From NCBI GenBank assembly GCA_022775005.1, contig JALFJR010000056.1, positions 19,151 to 83,150 of the forward strand: a stretch of 64,000 nucleotides of DNA. Direction: 5' to 3'. The notes under the pieces are model-generated. The model did no database searches, was not told where the DNA came from, and worked only from the letters and a program-made list of their open reading frames with translations. The translations under genes and the position numbers were made by a program. Source of the stretch: Parabacteroides sp. (lineage in GTDB: Bacteria > Bacteroidota > Bacteroidia > Bacteroidales > Tannerellaceae). This document shows positions 45,695 through 57,023 of the stretch, piece after piece; position 1 is the first letter of the stretch, and the number at the start of each line of letters is the position of its first letter.

Positions 45695-46374
45695 GTACGA
45701 TTATGCAGCTTTTTCCGTTCTATATACATCATAAGAACAGAATCATCTAAAATTAGAATGGACATGAGACTACTGATCTTATCTTTTTTTGCGGCATTGT
45801 TGGGCTATTCTTTGCTATTTGATAGAGGAGAAGTACAACCGACAGATGACTTGCAAGAGTCATCTGCCTCTTCTGTGAGATTCACTCCTATTGATAAGGA
45901 TACAGCCGCCTATTCTTTCATGGATTGGCTGAGTATAATGCCTAATTTCCCTTCTTTATGTATGAGAAAGCAAGATTTTGTGTTCTTGAAATAGGTGATA
46001 GTTCAATTTCTTCGGTAAAAGATTTGCGTATTTAAGAAAAATGGCTATGTTTGCAGCCGTAAAGCAGTCTTATTATTGTATTATCATGATTAACATATCC
46101 TCCATACTTCATTTATTGCGACGTAGTTGGCTCACAGATTTCTTGGTCAGTTGGGTAAACACTTTGTTAGGAATGGGTACTCAAAGCGCCTGCTCCGAGC
46201 TGGGAGCTTTCATGATCTATCTGCGCATTGTTTCATCACCTATGAACAATAGGTTTATCTTTTCCCCTCCTCAGAGAAGGAAGCAATGGGTATACACCTT
46301 GCCTGATACGAATTGGTTGGGGTGAGTGAGCCCTTATCTGTTGGTTCTGCGTGAGCAGATGAGGATAAGGGATT

Positions 46375-46857
46375 TTAGAGCATTTGACTGATTTCCTGGG
46401 CATCAGGAATCTCCTTTAAAAATCGATACGAAGAGGTCTTGTAGTTGATTTGGCAACAGAAATGGCGTAGGCCGTTGCTGATGATGAGGTATTGTACATG
46501 CAGCACCATATTGTAGCGAACAATTTGGTCGAATACCTTGGGCGTGATCGTAATAGAAGGTGCTTTGTATTCCACGATTGCTAACGGGGTTAGTTGTTGA
46601 TCGTAGATGACCGTGTCGCATCTTTTCGCTGTTCCATTGAGTTTAATCGAAACCTCATTGGCAATCAGTTCTTGCCTGTAGCCTTTTTCTGAAATAAGGA
46701 AATGTACGAAATGTTGCCGTACCCATTCCTCGGGAGTGAGCGCAACATACTTGTGTCGTGTCTCGTCCCAAACAAGAAGCTGGTCAGCAGACTTTTTTAC
46801 TTTGATGTCAAAATTTGGCAGATTTAATGGAAGCATTTGCTTATATTTGTCACTCAT
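46375..46857 (-). CDS. Type I restriction enzyme HsdR N-terminal-domain protein (stand-alone HSDR_N_2 type)
   Basis: ...EEWVRQHFVHFLISEKGYRQELIANEVSIKLNG...RCDTVIYD...PLAIVEYKAP... is the typical PD-(D/E)xK-like HSDR_N pattern. Start set to ATG 46857, downstream of the -7 element at 46876-46883. Confidence 0.7.
   Translation of the reverse strand: MSDKYKQMLPLNLPNFDIKVKKSADQLLVWDETRHKYVALTPEEWVRQHFVHFLISEKGYRQELIANEVSIKLNGTAKRCDTVIYDQQLTPLAIVEYKAPSITITPKVFDQIVRYNMVLHVQYLIISNGLRHFCCQINYKTSSYRFLKEIPDAQEISQML
46842..46849 (+). promoter_or_regulatory. -7 element TATATTTG for amn
   Basis: Matches TAnnTTTG 42 nt upstream of ATG 46891. It overlaps the divergent gene's 5' end. Confidence 0.4.
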
Positions 46858-46875
46858 ATTGCATGAATCAGACTT

Positions 46876-46883
46876 CAAAGATA
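46876..46883 (-). promoter_or_regulatory. -7 element TATCTTTG for the HsdR_N gene
   Basis: Text caaagata is the reverse complement of TAnnTTTG. Confidence 0.4.
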
Positions 46884-46890
46884 GTTATTT

Positions 46891-47667
46891 ATGAAGACAA
46901 AACAAGAAATCGTCGAGAATTGGTTACCTCGTTATACGGAGCGCCCTTTGGCGGCATTCACCAACTATATCTTGTTGACCAATTTCACGAAGTATGTGGA
47001 GCTGTTTGCAGACCGTTTTCAGGTGCCTATTTTAGGTTTAAAAGGTTCCATGCCCAATGCTTCAGCTGAAGGAATTACGATCATCAACTTTGGTATGGGC
47101 AGTGCCAATGCAGCTACAATCATGGATTTGTTGACGGCGATCATGCCTCAGGCGGTTTTGTTCTTGGGGAAGTGCGGAGGGCTGAAAGTTGATAACCAGT
47201 TAGGGGATTATTTAATTCCAATTGCGGCCATTCGAGGCGAAGGAACCTCCAATGAATACCTTCCTCCTGAGGTGCCTTCGTTGCCTGCTTTTTCCATGCT
47301 GCGGGCTATCTCATCAGCTATTCGTGACCATGGACGAGACTATTGGGCCGGAACGGTCTATACGACTAATCGGCGAGTTTGGGAGTATGACAATGATTTC
47401 AAGGACTACTTGGTGCGTACCCATGCGATGGGAATCGACATGGAGACAGCCACGCTTTTGACTGCTGGTTTTGCCAATCAAATCCAGACTGGAGCACTAC
47501 TGATGATCTCTGATAAGCCCTTGGAGGCTGATGGAATTAAGACAGAAGAAAGCGATCGAAAAGTTACGAAACGGTTTGTGAAAGAGCATCTGAATCTGGG
47601 TATTGATGCTCTCCGACAGATTATCGAGGAGAAACGAACTGTGCGACATATTCGCTATAGTTGGTAA
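46891..47667 (+). CDS. amn: AMP nucleosidase (short, catalytic-domain-only form)
   Basis: 258 aa. The MKTKQEIVENWLPRYT... opening and PNP/UDP-phosphorylase-type core (GKCGGL, DMETA) match the Bacteroidales short AMP nucleosidases as I remember them. Confidence 0.75.
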   Translation: MKTKQEIVENWLPRYTERPLAAFTNYILLTNFTKYVELFADRFQVPILGLKGSMPNASAEGITIINFGMGSANAATIMDLLTAIMPQAVLFLGKCGGLKVDNQLGDYLIPIAAIRGEGTSNEYLPPEVPSLPAFSMLRAISSAIRDHGRDYWAGTVYTTNRRVWEYDNDFKDYLVRTHAMGIDMETATLLTAGFANQIQTGALLMISDKPLEADGIKTEESDRKVTKRFVKEHLNLGIDALRQIIEEKRTVRHIRYSW

Positions 47668-47685
47668 AATAAAAGCAGGAAAATA

Positions 47686-48708
47686 ATGGCAAAGAAAGAG
47701 ATCTCATACGAGTCGATATGCAAAGAAATTGCGGACAGAAAGTTCTCGCCAATATATGTTTTAATGGGCGAAGAGCCATTTTTTATTGATCAGATTACGG
47801 ATTTATTGGTGGAGAATGTACTTGCCGAAGAAGAACGGGATTTTAATCAAACCATTTTTTATGGAGCGGATACCGATGCGGTCTCGATAATCAATGCGGC
47901 AAGGCGTTTTCCCATGATGTCGGAGTATCAATTAATCGTCGTAAAAGAGGCGCAATTGATGCGAGATGTTGAGTTACTTAGTGCGTATGTTAAGCATCCT
48001 TTGTCCTCGACTGTGCTTGTGATAAATTATAAATATAAAACGCTTGATAGGCGTAAATCTTTAGCGGCTGCTGTAGAAAAAAACGGAATATTGTTCGAAT
48101 CGAAAAAGATTCCAGACTATAAAATGCCGGGTTTTATTACGGGGCTTTTGCAACAACGTACCCTGGGTATTGACGCAAAAGCTGCTCAGATGCTCTCAGA
48201 CTTCCTGGGAAGCGATCTAAGCCGTCTAGTCAAGGAATTGGATAAGTTGACGATTGTAATGGCTGAGACGGGCTCAAAATGCGTCAATCCAGAGTTGGTA
48301 GAACGGAATATCGGAATTAGTAAAGAATACAATAACTTCGAGCTGATCAAGGCACTTGCCATGAAGGATGTGCTGAAGGCAAATCGTATCGCTCAATACT
48401 TCGAAAAGAACCCCAAGAATAATCCACTTCAGATGACTCTTGCTGTACTTTTTAATTACTTCTCAAACCTCTTGATCGCCTATTATAGCAAGGATCGCTC
48501 GGAATCTGGATTGATGGCTGCGCTGGGTTTACGCAGTGCCTTTCAGTTGAAGGATTACCAGATGGGGATGAAGCATTACTCGGCGATGAAGGTCTTTTTA
48601 TCCATTGGAGAGATCCGGAAAACGGATGCTGCTTCGAAAGGAGTCGATAATTCTTCGGCTTCCGATGCCGATTTGCTCAAAGAGCTACTCTACAAAATCA
48701 TGCATTGA
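47686..48708 (+). CDS. holA: DNA polymerase III delta subunit
   Basis: 340 aa. ...FSPIYVLMGEEPFFIDQITDLL... and the overall clamp-loader delta layout. Confidence 0.8.
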   Translation: MAKKEISYESICKEIADRKFSPIYVLMGEEPFFIDQITDLLVENVLAEEERDFNQTIFYGADTDAVSIINAARRFPMMSEYQLIVVKEAQLMRDVELLSAYVKHPLSSTVLVINYKYKTLDRRKSLAAAVEKNGILFESKKIPDYKMPGFITGLLQQRTLGIDAKAAQMLSDFLGSDLSRLVKELDKLTIVMAETGSKCVNPELVERNIGISKEYNNFELIKALAMKDVLKANRIAQYFEKNPKNNPLQMTLAVLFNYFSNLLIAYYSKDRSESGLMAALGLRSAFQLKDYQMGMKHYSAMKVFLSIGEIRKTDAASKGVDNSSASDADLLKELLYKIMH

Positions 48709-49458
48709 ATTTTCCATCGTGCTTCACACGTCAAAAGACCTCTTTTTCTAGTTTGTTTAAAAAGACGAACAGGAAAAAAAGACCTTTCTTTTTTAATTTC
48801 AAAGGATTAGCCTCTTTTTTGTTTGCTGAGAATCTGTTATTTGTCTTTTTCTAAGAGGAGATATCGGAAAAAATCGCAGAAATAGTGCATAAACTCTTCT
48901 AAGTAGCGGCCATTGGGTTTACACATGTCAATGTTGTATTAAATACTGTCAGTTTGACAGTGTATAACCACTGAACATAGGACGTATCTATATAGGAATT
49001 TATTGTTCTAAATAGGTTGTAATTATGAATGGCAGTATTTATATCAAATAATTTAGAATTGTATCTGTAATAAATATCAACAGATAGATGAAACAAAGAT
49101 AAACAAGTTGCATTTGTAAATGTAAACAGTAAAATTTTTAGTAAACAATCGCTTCTGAATAGCCATGCATAATCCACAAAAAGCCAAACGACATGTTTAT
49201 TTTTGCTCTTGTTTTAGATGAACTATAGGCGGACTCTATGGCGTTATCTTTGTGAACTCTGTCTAAATTGCAACATTGTTTATGCTATATATTTTTATAA
49301 TCAATAGAATAGCGAAAATACGGAAAGTGTTTCTTTAAGTTGAAACTAGCACTGTTTACAATGATGAACGTTAGGGGTGTTTACATATGCAACCATTTAA
49401 TATAGAAATATGATATTATATTTTATAAATCTATTTTGCGTATTTCGAAATTGTAGTT

Positions 49459-49466
49459 TATATTTG
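49459..49466 (+). promoter_or_regulatory. -7 element TATATTTG for the XRE-family gene
   Basis: Matches TAnnTTTG 57 nt upstream of ATG 49523. Confidence 0.4.
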
Positions 49467-49522
49467 TGACGCCTATGATAGAGGCATAAAATCGAGTTCT
49501 AAACTGACATTTTGACGTAATA

Positions 49523-50002
49523 ATGAATACTATGGATGAGGTAAACATGAAGGAACAGGTTAAACAACGGGTTTTGGCTGTAATGGAACAAGAGCAACTT
49601 TCCGATGCGCAGTTTGCGGAGGCGATTGGCATTTCGCGAGGTGCCGTTTCGCAGATTAAGAGTGGTCGTTCCTATCCCAGTTTGGATGTTGCTCTAAAGA
49701 TTTTGGATCGTTTCCCTTCCCTCAATCCTGATTGGTTGCTTTTGGGTAAAGGTGAAATGCGCCGAGAGCAGATGGATACGACGGTTCAATCCGCTCTCAC
49801 GACCGAAAATTCTACTGGTCTTCCGGGAGATTATGAAAATCGCACGCATTTTGGGGTTGGAAATATACCAGGAAATGCCCAACCGGCAGTAGTTGAGCGT
49901 ATTGTCTATAAAGATGCACCTGCTAAGAGCATTTCTAAAATCGTTGTTTTCTATTCCGATAATACCTTTGACACCTTCGTGCTGGAAAAAAGGGAGGATT
50001 AA
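49523..50002 (+). CDS. XRE-family helix-turn-helix transcriptional regulator
   Basis: ...LSDAQFAEAIGISRGAVSQIKSGRSYPSLDVALKILDRFPSLNPDWLLLGKGEM... is a classic Cro/C1 HTH with the Bacteroidota NPDWLLLG tail. ATG 49547 (MKEQ...) is an alternative start. Confidence 0.8.
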   Translation: MNTMDEVNMKEQVKQRVLAVMEQEQLSDAQFAEAIGISRGAVSQIKSGRSYPSLDVALKILDRFPSLNPDWLLLGKGEMRREQMDTTVQSALTTENSTGLPGDYENRTHFGVGNIPGNAQPAVVERIVYKDAPAKSISKIVVFYSDNTFDTFVLEKRED

Positions 50003-50013
50003 CATTTTTGTAC

Positions 50014-50021
50014 TATCTTTG
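50014..50021 (+). promoter_or_regulatory. -7 element TATCTTTG for pyrK-pyrD
   Basis: Matches TAnnTTTG 32 nt upstream of ATG 50053. Confidence 0.45.
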
Positions 50022-50052
50022 TCAGCAAAACAATTTTAGTAATAAAGAATAG

Positions 50053-50838
50053 ATGAAGAAGTACATGTTAGACCTGCGGGTGACAGAGAATGTTCGCCCT
50101 CATATGCAGTATTGCTTGCTCAAACTGACTTCCGACGAGCAGTTACCTGATATGCTTCCCGGTCAGTTTGTGGAGGTTAGAGTGGATCATTCGGCATCCA
50201 CTTTCTTGCGCCGTCCGATCTCTATCAATTTTGTGGATTGGGAGAAGAATGAGTTATGGCTTTTGATTCAATTGGTTGGTGATGGTACACGCCAATTGGC
50301 GGAGTCTCGTGTGGGAGATTTAATCAATGTGGTCTTGCCTTTAGGCAATGGATTTACGTTGCCTGCGGAAGAGATTCCTTCAAAGCGGCTTCTGCTGGTC
50401 GGCGGTGGTGTCGGTACGGCTCCCATGCTCTATTTAGGTGCCTGCTTGAAGGCTAAAGGTTATGAACCTATTTTCCTCTTGGGTGCACGTTCAGCAGGAG
50501 ATTTGCAACAGTTGTCTGATTTCCAACGGATCGGTGCGGTTTATGCGACTACAGAAGATGGCTCTTACGGCGAGAAGGGTTATGTGACGAATCACTCGAT
50601 TTTGAACCAGTTGGATTTCGATCAGATCTACACCTGCGGTCCGAAGCCGATGATGATGGCGGTTGCTAAGTTTGCCCATGCGAAGCAGATCGCCTGTGAG
50701 GTATCTTTAGAGAATCGTATGGCTTGTGGATTAGGTGCTTGCCTCTGCTGTGTAGAGAAAGACAAGACAGGGCATAACGTATGTGTTTGTAAAGAGGGTC
50801 CGGTATTTAATATTGAACAATTATCATGGCTGAGTTAA
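50053..50838 (+). CDS. pyrK: Dihydroorotate dehydrogenase B electron-transfer subunit
   Basis: 261 aa with an FAD-binding RRPISI motif, a [11 protein letters not shown]-type motif and a C-terminal 2Fe-2S Cys cluster CGLGACLCC. It overlaps pyrD by 13 nt. Confidence 0.9.
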   Translation: MKKYMLDLRVTENVRPHMQYCLLKLTSDEQLPDMLPGQFVEVRVDHSASTFLRRPISINFVDWEKNELWLLIQLVGDGTRQLAESRVGDLINVVLPLGNGFTLPAEEIPSKRLLLVGGGVGTAPMLYLGACLKAKGYEPIFLLGARSAGDLQQLSDFQRIGAVYATTEDGSYGEKGYVTNHSILNQLDFDQIYTCGPKPMMMAVAKFAHAKQIACEVSLENRMACGLGACLCCVEKDKTGHNVCVCKEGPVFNIEQLSWLS

Positions 50839-51737
50839 GTGTACAGATAGGGAAACTGGCGTTGAAGAATCCGGTGATGACCGCTTCCGGCACGTTCGGA
50901 TATGGCATTGAGTATGCTGATTTGATGGATATTGCTCGCTTGGGAGGCATCTTTGTGAAGGGTACGACTGAGCAGCCTCGCGAGGGTAATGATTATCCCC
51001 GTATGGCAGAGACACCTTCGGGAATGTTGAATGCGGTTGGCTTGCAGAACAAGGGTGCGGACTATTTCATGGAGCATATCTATCCGACCATCAAAGATAT
51101 TGATACCAACATAATGGTCAATGTCAGTGGTTCCTCTATTGAGACTTATGTGGCTTGTGCGGAGAAGATGGCTGCTTTGGAGAAGATTCCGGCTATTGAG
51201 TTGAACATCTCTTGCCCGAACGTGAAGCAAGGAGGTATGGCATTTGGTGTTACAGCTTGTGGTGCGGCAGAGGTAGTACGGGCCGTTCGAAAAGTCTATC
51301 CGAAGACCCTTATTGTAAAACTTTCTCCGAATGTAACCGACATTACAGAGATCGCACGGGCAGTAGAAGCTGAGGGAGCGGATGCTGTTTCGTTGATCAA
51401 TACGATGCTGGGCATGGCTATTGACGCAGAGCGTCGGAAGCCATTATTATCGACAATAACTGGAGGGCTTTCCGGACCTTGTGTGAAACCAGTAGCGTTG
51501 CGTATGGTGTGGCAGACCTATAAGGCTGTGAAGATCCCTATCATTGGGTTGGGAGGTATTTCTAATTGGAAGGATGCGGTAGAGTTTATGTTGGCAGGTG
51601 CGACGGCTATCCAAATCGGTACTTACAATTTTGTGGATCCAACTATAGGCATCAAGGTAATTGAAGGCTTGAATGAATACTGCGATCGCCATGGATTCCA
51701 TTCCGTGAAAGAATTAACGGGTGCTTTGGAAGTGTAA
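50826..51737 (+). CDS. pyrD: Dihydroorotate dehydrogenase 1B catalytic subunit
   Basis: 303 aa. [23 protein letters not shown] (catalytic Cys) and [24 protein letters not shown]. Confidence 0.95.
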   Translation: MAELSVQIGKLALKNPVMTASGTFGYGIEYADLMDIARLGGIFVKGTTEQPREGNDYPRMAETPSGMLNAVGLQNKGADYFMEHIYPTIKDIDTNIMVNVSGSSIETYVACAEKMAALEKIPAIELNISCPNVKQGGMAFGVTACGAAEVVRAVRKVYPKTLIVKLSPNVTDITEIARAVEAEGADAVSLINTMLGMAIDAERRKPLLSTITGGLSGPCVKPVALRMVWQTYKAVKIPIIGLGGISNWKDAVEFMLAGATAIQIGTYNFVDPTIGIKVIEGLNEYCDRHGFHSVKELTGALEV

Positions 51738-51777
51738 AGCAATGCCTGATTACACAACGCTTAGTTGCCTTAATGCT

Positions 51778-51822
51778 TTGGTTAGTCTTAAATAATTGTA
51801 ATGGTTATTTTGGACTAACCAA
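51778..51822 (+). terminator. Possible stem-loop downstream of pyrD
   Basis: Perfect 10-bp arms TTGGTTAGTC (51778-51787) and GACTAACCAA (51813-51822) with a 25-nt loop. There is no U-tract, so its function is uncertain. Confidence 0.3.
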
Positions 51823-51997
51823 CTTATACGTTCAAGATCCCATTTGGAACAATAGAGAGTGTATTTACTCTGTGTAGGAAGTCGACTTTGACGCCACGTT
51901 CATATAGATGAAAGGAAGTCGGCATGTAGAATCCAAAACCATCGACAGTGAAAGGGATAATGGCACGGATTTTGATAGGAAATATAAATAGATTGCG

Positions 51998-52005
51998 TAC
52001 TTTTG
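51998..52005 (+). promoter_or_regulatory. -7 element TACTTTTG for clpC
   Basis: Matches TAnnTTTG 42 nt upstream of ATG 52047. Confidence 0.45.
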
Positions 52006-52046
52006 CGCATTCGTACAAGAAACGTACATTATTATAGTGTTTAAGC

Positions 52047-54665
<2,619 letters not shown>

Positions 54666-54678
54666 ATACATAATAATT

Positions 54679-55500
54679 ATGTCAGTAGCAAAAGTAGAAG
54701 ATAATAGAAAGGTGACGACACGTCGCCTGATTGAGATGAAGCAGCGTGGGGAGAAAATCTCCATGCTGACTGCATACGATTATTCAATGGCTAAATTGAT
54801 TGACCAGGCTGGTATGGATGTGATATTGGTAGGTGATTCTGCCTCCAATGTCATGGCGGGTAACGTGACGACCTTGCCGATCACGCTCGACCAGATGATC
54901 TATCATGGTAAATCCGTGGTGAAAGCTGTGAGTCGGGCCTTGGTGGTGGTCGATCTGCCTTTTGGAACCTATCAAGGAAACTCCAAGGAGGCATTGGCCT
55001 CTGCCATTCGTGTGATGAAGGAGACTCATGCGGATTGCATCAAATTGGAGGGAGGCTCTGAGGTGCGTGAGTCTATTGAGCGTATCTTGTGTGCGGGAAT
55101 CCCCGTCATGGGCCATTTAGGTTTGACGCCTCAATCCATCAATAAGTTTGGCACCTATGCGGTGCGTGCGAAAGAGGAGGCGGAGGCGAATAAGCTAATC
55201 GAGGATGCGCATCTGTTGCAGGAGATTGGCTGTTTCAGCTTGGTGTTGGAGAAGATTCCGGCAGTTTTGGCGAAACGGGTTTCCTCTGAGTTGGCGATCC
55301 CTACCATTGGTATTGGCGCGGGTAATGGTACGGATGGACAGGTTTTGGTGATGCACGATATGCTGGGGATCAACCAAGGTTTCTCACCCCGTTTCTTGCG
55401 CCGGTATGCGAATTTAGGCGAGGAGATCACTCATGCGGTTCAAGCCTACATCGAAGATGTGAAAACGGGTGATTTCCCGAATAAGAAAGAACAGTACTAA
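54679..55500 (+). CDS. panB: 3-methyl-2-oxobutanoate hydroxymethyltransferase
   Basis: [38 protein letters not shown]...VGDS...KLEGG... Start moved from 54595 (inside clpC) to ATG 54679. Confidence 0.9.
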   Translation: MSVAKVEDNRKVTTRRLIEMKQRGEKISMLTAYDYSMAKLIDQAGMDVILVGDSASNVMAGNVTTLPITLDQMIYHGKSVVKAVSRALVVVDLPFGTYQGNSKEALASAIRVMKETHADCIKLEGGSEVRESIERILCAGIPVMGHLGLTPQSINKFGTYAVRAKEEAEANKLIEDAHLLQEIGCFSLVLEKIPAVLAKRVSSELAIPTIGIGAGNGTDGQVLVMHDMLGINQGFSPRFLRRYANLGEEITHAVQAYIEDVKTGDFPNKKEQY

Positions 55501-55617
55501 ATAAAAAATAGGATAGGTTAGCCTTGAAAGAAGATGTTATAAAACATGTTTTGCTTAAATATGGTTAAGTAAACGCACTTTTCTGGGGAATCAGCGTGCT
55601 ATATTGCACGAAGTCCC

Positions 55618-55625
55618 TATATTTG
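55618..55625 (+). promoter_or_regulatory. Orphan -7 element TATATTTG with no downstream CDS
   Basis: Matches TAnnTTTG 118 nt past the panB stop. About 45 nt downstream is the plus-oriented terminator at 55671-55704. Confidence 0.35.
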
Positions 55626-55670
55626 CAACGTGTTTTTCATGGTATTAGATTTAAGGTTAACAATGAGATT

Positions 55671-55704
55671 GGCTGTCCGGGATGGATGGCCTTTTCTTTT
55701 TGTT
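55671..55704 (+). terminator. Plus-strand rho-independent terminator
   Basis: GGCTGTCC-GGGAT-GGATGGCC, an 8-bp stem with two G.T pairs, followed by TTTTCTTTTTGTT. The U-tract is on the plus strand only and overlaps the pmbA stop codon. Confidence 0.6.
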
Positions 55705-57022
55705 ATAACCCACTGAAATCAACCTCCGTGAAGAGGAGAGAGGGAATACGCCAGCTGGAGATCGTACATGGATCATTACCTACGGCTTCCAAATGACTCC
55801 ACAAGGTTAGCATATTTCCGGTGATGTTCATCTCGGAGAGCGGTTGCGTGAGTTTTCCTCGTTCGATCAAGAAGCCCTCCACGCCATACGAGAAGTCGCC
55901 CGTTGAGCTGTTGCAATTACCTCCATTGAATCCCGTGACGAAGATTCCTTTATCCACACCGCTGATCAATCCATCCAGATCTTGTGTGCCTAACTCCATA
56001 GTGAGGACAGAAGGGGAGCTGATGGTTTGCTCCATGCCCATCTTGTTGGCGCTGTAGGTGTCGATATAGTAAGTGCGCAAAACGCCCTTGTCGAAGACCG
56101 TACGCGGCTGCGTGGCTACGCCCTCGTTGTCGAAATAGCGGGCACCAATCGCTCTTGCCTTATGTGGCTCATCACGCAACACGAATTTCTCGCCCATCAC
56201 CTGCTGTCCGATCTTGTCGAGCAAGAAGGAGTTCTTTTGCTGGATGGCTGAACCATAGAGTGCGTTGATTACGGGTGAGAGCAACTGCCCATAATTGCGG
56301 TTATCCACCACCATGGTGTATTTGCCGGAGGCTACTTTGCGCTGTCCGATCTTGCGCAACACGCGTTCGAGGGCTTTCGTGCCGATTCCCTGCTTCGTCA
56401 GGTCGTTGTAGCGGAGCGCCACATCATACCAATAGGATTCCGGGCGGGCATCTCCCTCGCCATGAATGCTGACGCTGGCAGAGAGGCTGAAATAGGAGCT
56501 GGCTGTCTCTCCCTCAAAACCGTTGCTGGCCACCAAGTAGCGATAATCGTCGCCGTCGCTATAGGAAGAGTTTGCGGAAATGATGCGATTGTCTTTCCCC
56601 ATCATCTCGTCGCACACCTGCATGGCGAGTTGCAGCTTATCGTCGGGCTGCACCTTGGCGAAGTCGGGATCCATCAGCTCCAAGCTGGGTTTGTCTCCTT
56701 TGTAATAGAGGCTGGCATCAGGTAGTGTACGGGCTTGGTCCTCCGCCAAGAAGCGAGTGGTGCTGATTCCCTGCTGGATGAAATGCTCCAACTCTTTTTT
56801 GTCTAATCGGTTGGTGGAGTAGGAACCGAAACGTCCATCCACGTAGAGGTGGATAGCCATGCTGTTCTCTGAGGCCTGTTGCAGGCGGTCTATTTTCTTG
56901 TCTCTGATTTCGAATGAGCTGTTCGATCCGTTGTAGATCTGCACGCGAGAAGCTTGACAACCATTTTTCAGCGCATATTCCATAGCCCATTGGGCCAACT
57001 GTTTATTCTCTTTTGTAATCAT
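55703..57022 (-). CDS. pmbA: PmbA/TldE-type metalloprotease subunit (no signal peptide)
   Basis: 439 aa of the TldD/PmbA fold, with the C-terminal ...GFNGGNCNSSTGDFSYGVEGFLIERGK... motif. It begins 1 nt after the tldD stop. Confidence 0.85.
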   Translation of the reverse strand: MITKENKQLAQWAMEYALKNGCQASRVQIYNGSNSSFEIRDKKIDRLQQASENSMAIHLYVDGRFGSYSTNRLDKKELEHFIQQGISTTRFLAEDQARTLPDASLYYKGDKPSLELMDPDFAKVQPDDKLQLAMQVCDEMMGKDNRIISANSSYSDGDDYRYLVASNGFEGETASSYFSLSASVSIHGEGDARPESYWYDVALRYNDLTKQGIGTKALERVLRKIGQRKVASGKYTMVVDNRNYGQLLSPVINALYGSAIQQKNSFLLDKIGQQVMGEKFVLRDEPHKARAIGARYFDNEGVATQPRTVFDKGVLRTYYIDTYSANKMGMEQTISSPSVLTMELGTQDLDGLISGVDKGIFVTGFNGGNCNSSTGDFSYGVEGFLIERGKLTQPLSEMNITGNMLTLWSHLEAVGNDPCTISSWRIPSLLFTEVDFSGL

Positions 57023-57023
57023 A

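Noticed and set aside
48899-49177. 92-aa minus-strand ORF (and 49423..49632) in the AT-rich tract
   Set aside because: The translations are AT-rich, with low-complexity Phe/Asn/Tyr/Leu-rich composition. No promoter motif lies upstream. The second ORF is antisense to the XRE gene start.
48709-49522. Chromosomal replication origin (oriC)
   Set aside because: The region is AT-rich, but I found only one near-consensus DnaA box (TAATCCACA at 49170-49178, one mismatch). There is no cluster of boxes and no dnaA or dnaN nearby.
55596-55796. 66-aa plus-strand ORF between panB and pmbA
   Set aside because: It runs through the intrinsic terminator and into the antisense of pmbA. The promoter-plus-terminator pair is better explained as a small RNA or as panB termination.
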